In this document: in pieces, positions 1-12,188 of the stretch
How the letters are laid out: the number at the start of each line of letters is the position of its first letter
How positions within the stretch are numbered: position 1 is the first letter of the stretch
Assembly: GCF_000143415.4 (NCBI RefSeq)
Contig: NW_003314310.1
Coordinates: 1,296,611-1,360,610, forward strand
DNA length: 64,000 nucleotides
Direction of reading: 5' to 3'
DNA from: Selaginella moellendorffii
Taxonomy: Eukaryota; Plantae; Lycopodiophyta
Made by a program: the position numbers and the translations under genes
The notes under the pieces: generated by a model
The model's database searches: none
The model's input: the letters and a program-made list of their open reading frames with translations, nothing else
What the model was told of the DNA's origin: nothing

Positions 1-1
1 C

Positions 2-877
2 ATTCACAGGCTGGCGGCGGGGTCGTCCTACGTGGAGGTGTCCAAGATGTTCGCGGTGGGCGAGGCGACGGTACTCACGTGCACGCGGGAGGTGTACGCG
101 GCGCTGTCCACCGCCTTTGGCTCGGTGCTCGCCTTCCCCACGGATGCCGCGGCGCTGACAAGGGTGGCGCGCGGCTTTCACAACCTCATGGCCCTGCCAA
201 ACTGCTGCGGCCTCCTCACGGTGCTCCACCTGCGGATCAGGCGCCCCTCGGGCCCCTGCGGCTCCAACTACCTGGACCACAACACCAACTTCAGCATCGC
301 GGCACAGCTGGTGGTGGACGCGTCCATGCGCATCCTCAACATCGCCGTCGGCTTCCCGGGGGGCGTCCACCATGCCAAGATCCTCAAGCAGTCTGGGCTG
401 TTTGCCAAGCTACGGGACGGCCTGCTGCTCACGGGAGGCTGCTGCGGCCTCATGGACTTGTCCCGAGCAACACCCGTCAGCGTTCCCCGGTACCTGGTGA
501 GCAGCAACACCAGCTACCCGTTGCAGCCGTGGTTGATGCTGCCCTACCACCTCCACGAGGGGGACGAGACGAGGGGCGCAAAGGCCGAGTTCAACGACAG
601 GCTCCTCCAGGCGGCGGCGGTGGGGGAGGACTTGTTCGGGGCGCTCACCAACTGGGGCGTGCTGGCCAAGGTTATGAACGTGGACGTCCACACGGCTGTG
701 GAGCTGGTTGTGGCTTGCGCCATTCTCCACAACGTGCTGCTGGGCCGCCACGACTCCGACCACGGCTGCGACGACGACGACGTGCCGCTGGTGGAGGCGA
801 GCACGGGCCAACACCACGACGGCGACGACGCGCAACACATCCGCGACGCCCTCGCTTGTCACTGCGTCTACTCCTAG
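2..877 (+). CDS. ALP1/HARBI1-like PIF/Harbinger transposase-derived protein (5' end outside window)
   Basis: Frame open from base 2 ([24 protein letters not shown]), then [50 protein letters not shown]: DDE_Tnp_4/ALP1 family motifs. Catalytic Asp positions appear substituted. Confidence 0.85.
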   Translation: MHRLAAGSSYVEVSKMFAVGEATVLTCTREVYAALSTAFGSVLAFPTDAAALTRVARGFHNLMALPNCCGLLTVLHLRIRRPSGPCGSNYLDHNTNFSIAAQLVVDASMRILNIAVGFPGGVHHAKILKQSGLFAKLRDGLLLTGGCCGLMDLSRATPVSVPRYLVSSNTSYPLQPWLMLPYHLHEGDETRGAKAEFNDRLLQAAAVGEDLFGALTNWGVLAKVMNVDVHTAVELVVACAILHNVLLGRHDSDHGCDDDDVPLVEASTGQHHDGDDAQHIRDALACHCVYS

Positions 878-878
878 C

Positions 879-886
879 TAGGGTTT
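879..886 (+). promoter_or_regulatory. Telo-box (TAGGGTTT) upstream of HEN2 start
   Basis: Exact reverse complement of AAACCCTA in the 35-bp gap; telo-boxes are typical of plant RNA-processing and translation genes. Confidence 0.45.
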
Positions 887-912
887 TGTGCGAGAGCTTT
901 AGGTTACGGAGG

Positions 913-3900
913 ATGATGGCGGGCAAAAGGAAGGAGCGGGAACAGCAAGAGGCTGGCGCGGCCGGTGGCGGCAAGAAGCCCAATGCCATGCTCGGGCGCA
1001 GCTGCGTCCACGAGGTGGCGGTGCCCACAGGCTTCATAGCGCAGCTGGATGAGGCGGTGCACGGTAGCATTGGAGAGCCGGTGTTTATGGGCGACAGGGC
1101 CAAGAGCTACCCGTTCGAGCTGGACCCGTTCCAGCAAATCTCCATCGCCTGCCTGGAGCGTAAAGAGTCGCTGCTGGTGTCGGCCCACACCTCGGCCGGT
1201 AAGACCGCGGTTGCCGAGTATGCCATCGCCATGGCCTTCAGGGACAAGCAGCGCGTCATATACACGTCGCCCCTCAAGGCCCTGAGCAACCAAAAGTACC
1301 GGGAGCTCAGCCACGAGTTCAGCGACGTCGGCCTCATGACGGGCGACGTGAGCTTGTCCCCCAACGCAACCTGCATTGTCATGACCACGGAGATCTTGCG
1401 CGGTATGCTCTACAGGGGCTCCGAGGTGCTCAGGGAGGTGGCGTGGGTTGTGTTTGACGAGATACACTACATGCGGGACAGGGAGCGCGGCGTCGTGTGG
1501 GAGGAAAGCATCATCCTCCTGCCACCCGCCATCAAGATGGTCTTCCTCTCCGCCACCATGTCCAACGCCACCGAGTTTGCGCAGTGGATCTGCCACCTGC
1601 ACAAGCAGCCGTGCCATGTTGTCTACACCGACTTCAGGCCCACTCCGCTCCAACATTATGCTTTCGCCATGGGCGGCTCCGGCCTCTACCTCATGGTGGA
1701 CGACAAGGGCCACTTTCGGGACGACAACTTCGCCAAGCTGCAGCAGTCATCCAGAAACGCTGGCCCGGACGATTCCCTCGCGCCTCCGGGGCGGAGGCGA
1801 GGAGGGGGAGGCAGGAGAGGTGGAGGACGAGGGGGTGCCAAGGCCTCTGCTGGAGTATCCACGGACATTTACAAGATAGTCAAGGTCTTGCATGAGCCTC
1901 TCCTCTTCTTCCCCCTAACATGACCTCTCTTTCCAGATGATTATGGAGCGTTCCATGCAGCCCGTCATTGTCTTCAGCTTCAGCCGCAGGGAGTGCGAGC
2001 AGTATGCGCTCTCGGTATCCAAGCTTGATTTCAACAGCGACCAAGAGAAGATGGACGTGGAACACGTGTTTTCCAACGCCATACAGTGCCTCAGCGAGGA
2101 AGACCGGAGCCTCCCGCCCATTCATCAACTATTACCGCTTCTCAAGCGTGGGGTTGCCTTTCATCACTCGGGCCTACTCCCCATCTTGAAAGAAATAGTT
2201 GAGATCCTTTTCCAGGAGGGCCTTGTCAAGGCCTTGTTTGCTACAGAAACGGTGGGCGCTCGTGTTCTACCTTTTTCTTACTCACCAGTTCGTTTCCAGT
2301 TTGCAATGGGATTGAATATGCCTGCTAAGACTGTCGTCTTCACTGCCCTACGGAAATGGGATGGTGACGCTCATCGTTACATGTCGTCAGGCGAGTACAT
2401 ACAGGTATAATCTCGCCTATCAACGTGATGCCGCTTGACGTGCTTATAACCAGATGAGTGGAAGGGCTGGGAGACGCGGGAAGGACGAGCGTGGGATTTG
2501 CATCATAATGATCGATGACCAGGTAGAGTTTAGCAACTGACAGAAACCGGACTGCTCGCTCGCTCTTGCTTGTAGATGGATGTCAGCACGTGCAGGGAAA
2601 TGATCCTGGGGAAGCCTGCTCCGCTAGTCAGCACCTTCAGGCTCAGCTACTACTCGTTGCTGAATTTGATGAGCCGTGCAGAGGGGCACTTTGACATGGA
2701 GTACGTGATGAAACATTCTTTCCATCAGTTTCAGCACGAGAAGGTCTGATTGCCCGATTTATATCTGTTCTCGGGTTTGAACGTCGGTATTGCTTGCAGA
2801 ATGTCCCCGAAATGGAGAACAGGATCAACAAGCTGGAGCAAGAAGCCGCATTGCTGGATGCGGCGGGAGAGGTGCTTTCCAAGTCATTGTGGTTACCTCA
2901 TCTGATTCTGCATCCTTTCAGGAGACTGTTGCCGAGTACCACCGTCTAAGACTAAAGCTTGCAGAACTTGAAAGACAGCTCATGTCAGAAATTATCCGGC
3001 CTGATCGGATTATTGTATTTCTACAACCCGGTCGATTGGTATGGGTTTCTTTTGGTTGCCTCCTGTGGATGACTTTGTTTTGCCAGGTGAAAGTTCGTGA
3101 CGGAGCAGACGATTGGGGTTGGGGTGTTGTCATCAATGTCGTCAAGAAACCCACGCCTGGTGGACCGCTCCCCTCAACCATTGTGGCAGCGCCCCGTGCT
3201 GCCTCGTACCTGGTAGACACCCTTTTACTTTGTGCTCCGGGTATGGAACTGGACGGTTCGCGTTTGAAACCGAGGCCCTGCTCACCGGGGCAGAAAGGAG
3301 AGATGCATGTGGTGAGTGTGTCCGCGTGTCGACTGGTTTGTGTGCCGCTGATTACGGTGTTGGCGTATCAGGTCCCCGTGCAAATGACCCTGCTCTGCGC
3401 AATCAGTACTCTCAGGGTGGCTGTTCCCACTGATTTGCGGCCAGCGGATGCCCGATTGAGTGTACTGATGGCAATGCAGGAGCTTGAACGACGATTCCCG
3501 GACGGCTTGCCACGGTTGGATCCTGTGGAGGTGCATCAATGGTTTCGTCGTGGCATGACTCTGTTTCGGCTGTGCAGGACATGCAAATAGATGATCCGGA
3601 GCTTGTGAGTATCGTGAAGCAAATTGATGAGGAGGAGAAAAAACTGGTTGTCCACCCTTTACACAAGGTACGTGTGGAAAATTTGGGTCTTTGTATTGAC
3701 GACATGCCGTTACTCCCAGTCGGAGAAAGAGGCAAGCCATTATTCAGCTTTCCAGAAGAAGGCCGAGCTGTTGACTGAAGCACAGCGGCTGAGGTCTAGA
3801 CTGCGAGATTCTCAGGTTAGTACGTGCGTGTACTCTGGGTTTCTGGACCTACTAACTTCCCGGTTTCTTTCGTGTGCGTAGCTGCACAAGTTTCGGGAAG

Positions 3901-4705
3901 AGCTTCGGAACCGGACGAGAGTATTGAAGCGGCTGGGACACATAAACGAGCTCTCAGTCGTACAGCTTAAAGGTCGCGCAGCTTGCCTGATTGACACCGC
4001 GGATGAGCTGCTTGTAGCGGAGCTGATCTTTGAGGGTAAAATACAATGTGCATCGAACCAGTCTTAGATTGCGGGCATGCAGGGCTCTTCAACGATCTTG
4101 ATCACCATCAGATTGTGGCGCTCTCGAGCTGCTTTCTACCAATTGAAAAATCCAATGAGCAAATTCATCTCAAGGCGGAGCTGGCCTGGCCTTTCCGGCG
4201 CCTCCAAGACACGGCTCGGATGATTGCCGAGGTATGTATGACTCTTGTGGGACTTGGAAGTTGATTGTCACCCTTGGCTGTCTCTCAGGTGGAGAGGGAG
4301 TGCAAACTGGAAACAGAAGTGGAGCACTACGTTGAAAAGTTTCAACCATATCTGATGGACGTGATTTACAGCTGGTCCAAGGTGCGTCTATCATGTAAAT
4401 CTTGGGGGGCTCTGGGTGTGAGTTGTGACATATATGAGTTGCAGGGATCAAGCTTTGCGGAGATCTGCGAGATGACGGACATATTTGAAGGTAGCATTAT
4501 CCGGGTGGCAAGGAGGCTGGAAGAGTTTTTGAACCAGGTAGACGTGGATGCTATTCTATACACTCAAGCACACGTTGCTTGTTTTCATGTGCAGCTGCGG
4601 TTAGTTTTCCAGGCCATTGGCAACGGTGAGCTGGAGAAGAAGTTTGAGGCAGGGATCGAGAGCATACGGCGGGGCATCATGTTCGCCAACTCCTTGTACC
4701 TATGA
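913..4705 (+). CDS. HEN2: HEN2 (MTR4/SKI2-family DExH RNA helicase, nuclear exosome cofactor), multi-exon
   Basis: [10 protein letters not shown]...[46 protein letters not shown]/arch region, C-terminal [13 protein letters not shown]-terminus resembles Arabidopsis HEN2 more than MTR4 (recalled). Many ~48-58 nt GT-AG introns, e.g. 1885-1936 and 2252-2299. Confidence 0.9.
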
Positions 4706-4743
4706 AGCGCCGCCCAAAAATATTATTATTCTAGGTCGGGTGA

Positions 4744-5993
4744 ATGGAGGCGCCGCCCAAGCAGCTTGCCAGTGCACTCGAGGGCTTGAACCGAGCCATC
4801 CGGCTGATTGCAGATGTCCGCTCTGGAGCGGATGCGCTGCTCGAGGCATTCGACAGTGCGGACAGCCTGCGGGTCCACGACCCGGAGCGAGCAAACCAGG
4901 CCATCTCCTCGGCGGTGGAAGGTAGCAAGCGTGCCATGGATCTCCTCCGCGCCACAGGTAATAGCAAGCGCACTAGGCGCACTAGGCGCTGAGGTTTTGT
5001 GCGTGGATACAGCCAAGGAGCTGGAGGCGGCGGGCGTGTTTGTGGGTGCCCAGCAGCGGTATCAGGACAACCAGCCATGGGGGCTCCAGGTGCCAGTGGT
5101 GTGCCCCGACGGAGCGCTGGTAGCCTACTCGTGGAAGCGCCAGATTGCGGGCCAAGCTGCGGCATCTGCAGTTGATCGGACTAAGCTTGCCCTCAGATCG
5201 TTTTGCGAGCAGAAGAAGCGCTTCCTTCCACACATGGCAAAGGCGGCGGCCAAGGGTGACGAGGAGCCGCGCAACACACCAGCACACTCGCTGCCGGACG
5301 TGGTGAAGCGCTGCCTCCAGGAGGCCCCAGGGATGTCCATCACTCCGCACTCGCGCCTCTCCAAGTCACCCTCGTGTCAAGTCCACGATGCTGCACTGCT
5401 CCATGTCGCCATCCCTGGTGTGCTCAGGGCAGTCATCTCACTGCTCCCGGCTGGCTCTCCCAATCCGGATGCGATTGCCATCTACTCGCCCAACGAGGTC
5501 CCCTTCGGTCGTAGATATACACTTCGATGATTGGACTCACGCGATTCTTGCAGCCGCACATGGACGCGTGGGGAGCCTCCACGCATCAGACGTTCCAACG
5601 GATTTCAGTAGGTGCTTGCCTTGGCTGAGAGCTCGGCTGACGCTTGCCAGTGCAGGAGTGCGCAACCAACGCAATGCACCACTTTACGCGCGTTGCCAAT
5701 GCCTCGGCCACCCTCCTCCTCCTCCTGGTAAAACCCTCTGCTCATTCTTTGCACTCTTTAAAGGCTCCTCTCATGACACAGACGTGGCTCTTCTCCTATC
5801 GCTCTCTCTTTGCCAAGCCTTGCAAGTACGTATATAAGTCTCGCGTTTCTATACTGCCTATGATGCTTGCAGGCAGTGCCGTCGTTTGTTAGCGCCCGAT
5901 GGCGTCTCCAACGTGCCCTTGCCCCCAACACACCGGACGTATGCGGATGGCAACGAGCACGAAGCGTACCACCCCGGCTGCGTTGCTTTGTAA
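4744..5993 (+). CDS. MED27: Mediator of RNA polymerase II transcription subunit 27, multi-exon
   Basis: EAPPKQ..A.E.LN.A.R.IAD.R.GAD, WGLQVPVVCPDGALVAYSWKRQIAGQAAASAVDRT, LLPAGSPNPDAIAIYSPNE, FAKPCKQCRRLL...EAYHPGC match plant MED27. Confidence 0.9.
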
Positions 5994-6033
5994 AAGACCG
6001 GCATTCTTATTCACGGGCACAAGCAATACAGAT

Positions 6034-7244
6034 TTACTTGCGGTAGAGAATGTCGTAATGCCCTGGCCTGTAGAGCAGGACAACATGGGGGTTCTCACAT
6101 CTCTGCTCCTCTGCATCAGCTCCCCCTGGTATGAAGTCGTGGTGGTTCACGTCCGTGGTCTTGCCGTTGTCGCAGATGCTGCGGTCCAGATAGACTACAC
6201 GGACAGGCACACCCAGGGCATCTGTCAAGGCAATTATGTGGACGTGGTCGCTCTCCTCGCCCATGGGTTCCACGGAAGATTTGCAAAACTGCAACCATAT
6301 GAGCGCCAGGTGAGCCATTCCCATTGGTGTACCTATACCTGATCAACCGTAGTGCTCGAAATCCCGAGAATGAATGGCTCAAAAAACTCGGCTCGCCTGC
6401 GAATCTCGGACGACGTGACAAATCTGAAGAACATAATCACTACAACACCAGCGTGGTGATGATAATGGCGTAACAGAGTAAAGCCAAGCATACCATAGTT
6501 CGAAATGTATTGATCGCGGCAGCGCTCAACAAGCGTTCCAATGCTGAAAGCACAAAGTTGAGGGTGAAATCCAAACCTCATCTGGGAGTAGCGGGATACC
6601 TCATCGACGTTGGCTTGCCCGGTAGAGCGTTTTCCACTTGTTCCACAAATATCTGCTCGCAGCACGTTCAGATGGGAACAAATAATGCTATAAACCCACC
6701 GCCAGGAAGTCTTCGAAGGTGAACTCGGCATAGCCTAAGCTGACTAAGGCGTTTCGGCACTGCTCCACGTTTTGCAGCACCCGGGCAGCTTCTCTCTCGT
6801 CCTCCGCTTCCAGAACGTGCTCCTGAAGGACGAGGCAGTGGTAAGTGCGAGGCGAATACGAGAAAGCCAAGGCGGACCAGATACGCGAACATGAAGCTCC
6901 TGAAGAAGCAATTGCCATCGCCTCGGGTCCGACGGATTGCTCCATATGTTTTCCCTAGTTGCTGTTCTGAAAAATACGTGGTCAGTTAGTCGCATGCGGA
7001 GTTGGCGCCCGGGCACACCTCAATCTTGGCTTTGAACACGGGATTCCCCAACTCGTACTCGGCAGCCAGCACCGACAGTGGTTCCTAAACAAAACAAAGA
7101 GAGTTATGAGGGGGAGCGAGAGCAAGGGCTCACCTTGTCACCCACAAACTCGGACTTGCACGTCCCCTCTTGGCACACGGCTTGGTGATGCGCCATAATA
7201 TCCTCGTCCCGCGGCCTCTCCTGCGCCTCCGCTTCCACCTCCAT
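6034..7244 (-). CDS. OTU1: Otubain-like deubiquitinase OTU1 (peptidase C65), multi-exon
   Basis: FVGDK/EPLSVLAAEY, RRTRGDGNCFFRSFMF (catalytic Cys), VEPMGEESDHVHIIALTDALGV, LLYRPGHYDILY (catalytic His). ATG at 7244. Confidence 0.92.
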
Positions 7245-7307
7245 GTCACTCGCCTCGCGTTTTAGGGCAGCGATGGCTGCCCTAATGCCCTAAAAGGCGG
7301 CAGCAGC
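7245..7307. promoter_or_regulatory. 63-bp divergent intergenic region with palindromic CCCTAA motifs
   Basis: Head-to-head ATGs at 7244(-) and 7308(+). Perfect inverted repeat TTAGGGCAGC(7262-7271)-GATG-GCTGCCCTAA(7276-7285), plus TTTTAGGGCA/TGCCCTAAAA. Confidence 0.55.
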
Positions 7308-8476
7308 ATGCTTCCCACCACGGCGGGCCGCGGCTTGAGGCACCCGCAGCAGCAGCAGCAGCAGCTGCCACACTACCTGCGCCGGATCGTCAAGGTGCCC
7401 TCCCCTCTCTCCCTCTCTCTTTGCCGCTGACCGTCTTGTTGCAGTGGAGGCAAATGGATGTCGAGTACACCTTTTGGCAAATGTTGCACTTGTGTACCGC
7501 ACCCAAAGTCGTGTAAGCATACAGCCACCTCTCCTTAGCTCATACTTCCCAATTACAGCTACCAGCACACCAAATATCACAAGCGTACGAAGCTTGACGC
7601 CATTGCTTTCAACTGCAACACAAACAGTTGGGCCTTTGTTTCGTGCAGAAACCAAGAACCAGTGGGCACGCGATGATCCAGCCTTCACCGTCATCAGCAG
7701 CATCTTCTTGGCGCTGGCTGCCTCCGCCTACTGTGCCGCGTAAGCTCATGCTCCCCTCCTTACCTTGACCTCTTGCTGCTCCGCGCCACAGGTACGGCTC
7801 CAGCTTCCTCCAGGCCGGCGTAACTGTCGTTGGAGTCGTCTGGCTTCACTTTTTACTCACCGGCATCTCCTTGGCAAGCATCTGCTGGTAAGCGCTTGGT
7901 AACGAGTCGTTCAAGCTTCAGACGGTAGCTGCAGGTTTCTCTGCAATCGCTACCTCCGGGAAGAAGCAGCAATCCACAGCCATGTGGTGGAACAGCGTGT
8001 GGAATGGCTCTATGCGTTTGACGTGCATTGTAATGCCTACTTTCCTCTCTTCATCGTGCTCTACGGTGAGACTAGAAACAGACGTCGCTCTGAGTGGGAC
8101 TGACGCCATCCTGCTGGTTGCAGTGATCCATTATTTCTTTTCTCCTCTGCTTATTCTTCGGGGGTTCGTCCCCACGCTGCTTTCCAACCTTTTCTTCTTG
8201 GTTTCACTTTCATATTACCACTACCTCAATTTCCTTGGTTATGATGGTGAGTTCGCTGTAGTCTTGCCTTACCTAATGTGCTTGCTACTAGTCTTGCCTT
8301 TTTTGGAGAGAACTACGTTCTTCCTGTATCCGGTGGCTGTCCTCGTTGTCCTCTTCCCGTGCGGTAAGTGTAGATATCTCAGGTATTAGTTTGTGTTTCT
8401 CTCTCACTCGGTGCAAACTTCAGCATTGTTAGCAGGATTCAATCCGACGAGGTTTGTGTTAGGCCTGTATTTTTGA
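7308..8476 (+). CDS. UNC50: UNC-50/GMH1 family Golgi membrane protein, multi-exon
   Basis: Spliced reading MLPTT...YLRRIVK/WRQMDVEYTFWQMLHLC..PKVVYQHTKYHKQTKNQWARDDPAF, HVVEQRVEWLYAFDVHCN, YYHYLNFLGYD, GFNPTRF. Confidence 0.9.
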
Positions 8477-8742
8477 AGGGATCTCTGCTGAACTAAAACT
8501 ATGCTTTGTATATATATAATTTAGTGTTTGTGTGTGTCATTTTCAGCCGCCTCTCTCTTCATTGTGTGTTCACTGGCACTGCAAACCTTCAGATCTGCCT
8601 GGCCAGCACGCTCTTCGAAGCTTGGACAAGCGGGCGGGAAGAAGATTGTATATTTTAACTAAGTAGTGTGAGGTGAGAGAAAGCGAGGGAGAGAAGGGTG
8701 TTGCTGCGAGTGAGGCGAGGGAGGCGCTACGAGGTTAGCAGA

Positions 8743-11700
8743 ATGGTTGTCGAATGGGCAATGGTGGTGGTGATGGCGGCGGCAGCGCTGCTAGCGGTGC
8801 AGCACCATGGGTGTAGAGGTGCCAGTGTTGACGACACTCAAGTGTTGCTGAGTTTTATGAAGGGAATAGACAAAGATCCGCTGGGCAGTCTCACCAAGTC
8901 ATGGCTGCCGGAAAGCAAGGACTCCAATGGGTGCCCATCAAAGTGGCATGGTGTGTATTGCGACAACAAGGACGGCCGGGTGAGCCGGCTGGAGCTCCAA
9001 GGCTTGGGACTGTCTGGCCGCCTTTTGCCCGATACGCTGGGTGCTCTCCACTCGCTCGTCTACCTGTCGCTTGCCAACAACCTGCTGTCTGGCCCGCTCC
9101 CTGCCGACTTGGCTCGCCTCTCTCTCCTGGAGCAGCTCGATGTGTCGGGGAACATGCTGGACGGAGAGATGATCCCGGCAATGGGCAGCGGCTTGCGACG
9201 GTTGCAGAGGCTGTCCCTGGCCAACAACCGCCTGTCGGGGCCCATCCCGGCCGACGCCTTGACCGGCATGTCGGCACTCGAGGAGCTCGACCTGAGCAAC
9301 AATGCGCTCGTTGGCCCCATCCCAGCCTCGCTGGCGGCGCTGGAGCTGCTCCGGGTGTGCGACCTGTCGGGCAACCAGCTCAACGGCAGCCTCTCGGCGC
9401 AGCTGGGCCGTCTCCAGCACCTGGAGCTCCTCCACCTGGCCGCCAACCAGCTGACGGGCAGCATCCCCTCCTCGTGGATGCTGCTGCCCGCCATCCAGAG
9501 CCTCCACCTCGCCCTCAACCGCCTGTCGGGCCCCCTCCCTTGGATCGCCTCGCTTCTCCCCCCGGACCTGCTCTACGTCAACATGAGCTTCAACCGGCTC
9601 TCCGGCCCGCTGGCACCAGACGACGCCGCCAACAATCTCTTCGCCAACAAGATCCAGATCCTCGATCTCAGCGCCAACGCCCTGGCCGGCTCCCTCCCCT
9701 CGTTTGAGTTTGTCTTCTCGCTCCGGGTTCTCAAGCTCCGGGCCAACCAGTTCACGGGATTTGTGCCACCTGCGCTACTGTCGGCGGAAGCGTCACTGCT
9801 CGAGGAGCTGGATCTGAGCAACAACCGGCTCTCAGGTAAGAATGGCTGGCCTTATACATGTCTTTACGTGTGCATGCATGGCCACCACAGGGAATGTCTG
9901 GACGATCTCAGCTGCTCGCCTCACCCTGCTCAACCTCTCCCGCAACGCCTTGTCGGGCGGCCTGCCCCCACGGCTTGGCAGCTGCGCCCGAGTGGACCTC
10001 AGCGCCAACACCTTCTCCGGCAACTTGTCCGTCATGAGGTCGTGGGGCAACAGCTTGGAATGGATGGACCTCAGCAACAACTCCCTCTCGGGCGCACTGC
10101 CCAGCCAGACTGCGCAGCTCCTGCGCCTCACCTCACTCGCTTTTGCGAACAACAAGCTCGAGGGTGGCATCCCTGCTGCCTTCGCAAGCTTCCCCAAGTT
10201 GACGAGCTTGGACTTGAGCGGCAACACCTTGCTCGGCCCCATACCCCCCACCTTTTTCAACTCATGCACGCTCGTAGCACTCAAGCTCTCCAGCAACCGG
10301 CTCTCCGGGACAATTCCCGTCCCGACCGCCAGCGCCACCGACGCTCCATTGCGCCTTCTCGACTTGGCAAGCAACCAGCTGGATGGCGCTATTCCCTCCA
10401 GCCTCCTCACGGCCACCCTGCAGTTTCTCAACCTCAGCAACAACAAGCTATCGGGTGACATACCGGTGGACGTGACCAAACTCGATCGCCTGCAGCAGCT
10501 CGACCTCTCCTCTAACCAGCTCACCGGTTCCATCCCCTCAACGCTCGGTCCTCCTACACTCACTCTGCTCAACCTCTCCAACAACAACCTCTCGGGAGCC
10601 ATTCCGTCCCAGCTAGAATCCAAGTTCCCGCCTTCGTCCTTCTACCCTGGAAACGCCCAGCTCCTGTCCAATGGCTTCCCCAGCTGGAATGGCCATGCAC
10701 CACAGGCCAACCAGCCCTTGGGCCTTGTCAACAAAACCCGGCGGAATGGTCGAGTGTCTCCGTCTCTCAAAGCTGGCCTCCTCGGCGGTTGTGCTGCAGC
10801 CTTGCTACTAGCCCTCGCTATAGTCGGCCTTGTCTATTACAACAGGCAGCGGCAAAGTCAAGGTGACAACAAGTCTGGCATTCCGGTGTTTAAGATTGTG
10901 GAGAGAGATTTCAAGGTCCATCACCAGCAGCAGCCGCAGCAGGAGCAGCAGCAGCAGCAGCGGCAGGTAGAGAATGAGAAGGACGACAACGTGTTGAAAC
11001 GGTTGCCCTCGAGAAAGGGCTTCTTCTCGTCGCTGAGACCAGCAAGTGCGAGGGAGGAGGAGGGTGCCTTAGGCTGGAACTCCCCAGACAAGCTAGCAGG
11101 CGATCTTTTCCTTTGGGATGGCGACGTGCTCTTCACTGCCGAAGAGCTGTCACGAGCACCAGCGGAGGTTCTTGGCCGAAGCAGCCATGGAACGTCGTAC
11201 AAAGCAACACTGGACAGTGGTCATACCATCACTGTCAAGTGGCTCAAGGAAGGGTTGGCAAAGTGCAAGCGGGAATTCACCATGGAGGCCAGAAGGTTTG
11301 GAGGCATCAGGCACGACAACGTGCTCCCATTGCGGGGCTACTACTGGGGGCCCAGGGAACACGAGAAGCTCATCCTCACTGATTTCGTTGCCTATGGCAG
11401 CTTAGCGGACCGACTTTTAACTGCAGGTACGGTTCTCGTCTTGTGGTGCTCACCTACATCTAAATTACGTTGCAGAGAAGTCATCCGGTGTTGGCCGATA
11501 TCCACCATTGTCGTGGCCTCAGCGCCTACGAGTCTCCGCGGATATTGCCCGAGGCCTGTGCTATCTCCACGACGATCACAAGCTTGCGCATGGCAACCTC
11601 AAGGCGTCCAATGTTTTGTTTGAAGGATCCGACCTGCGTGGACGTCTCACCGACTATGGCCTGCACAGGCTCATGACCGCTGCGGGAACAGCCAGCCAGT

Positions 11701-12071
11701 TTGTCAATGCGGCAGCTCTTGGTTACAGAGCTCCAGAGCTGTCGAACATCAAGCGTCCAAAGCCAACCACCGGGGCGGATGTCTATGCCTACGGGGTCCT
11801 CCTGCTCGAGATCCTCACTGCCAAGGCTGCAGACGACGTCATCTCTGGGGGCTCCACTGCGGTCGATCTCCCAGAGTGGGTTAAGCTGCTCGTATCGCAC
11901 AACAGGTCCAGTGAGTGCTTTGACCCTCACCTGCATGCCGGCAGCTTGGAGCTGCAACAGCTTCTAACGCTTGCCTTGCGATGCATCTCAGCAGAGCCAT
12001 CAGCTCGGCCCGCCATTCGCATTGTCTACCAGGAGCTGCTCCCCATGCTTGAAGCCGCAGCAGCTGAATGA
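8743..12071 (+). CDS. LRR receptor-like pseudokinase, LRR-III GHR1/SIRK1 group
   Basis: Signal peptide, GCPSKWHGVYC LRRNT, many plant LRRs, TM helix, SPDKLAGDL, EELSRAPAEVLGRSSHGTSYKATL, YYWGPREHEKLIL, HGNLKASN and DYG. Introns ~9836-9890 and ~11428-11475. Confidence 0.88.
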
Positions 12072-12188
12072 TGGGGACACCAGTTCAAGTTTTGACTCGT
12101 GCACGGATGGTTGCATATGCTACTTACTATGTTGGCCGAGCTGACCTTTCACTCCTCACCTCTGTCTCGGCCACCTCTCACACTTCCT

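Noticed and set aside
79-912. 614-aa ORF extending HEN2 upstream across the ALP1-like gene
   Set aside because: The upstream part is an R/G/A-rich alternative frame of a GC-rich CDS; helicase homology begins at ATG 913.
904-1713. Long antisense ORFs over HEN2 and over the LRR-RLK (e.g. 9832-10623)
   Set aside because: Shadow ORFs expected from high GC3 codon usage.
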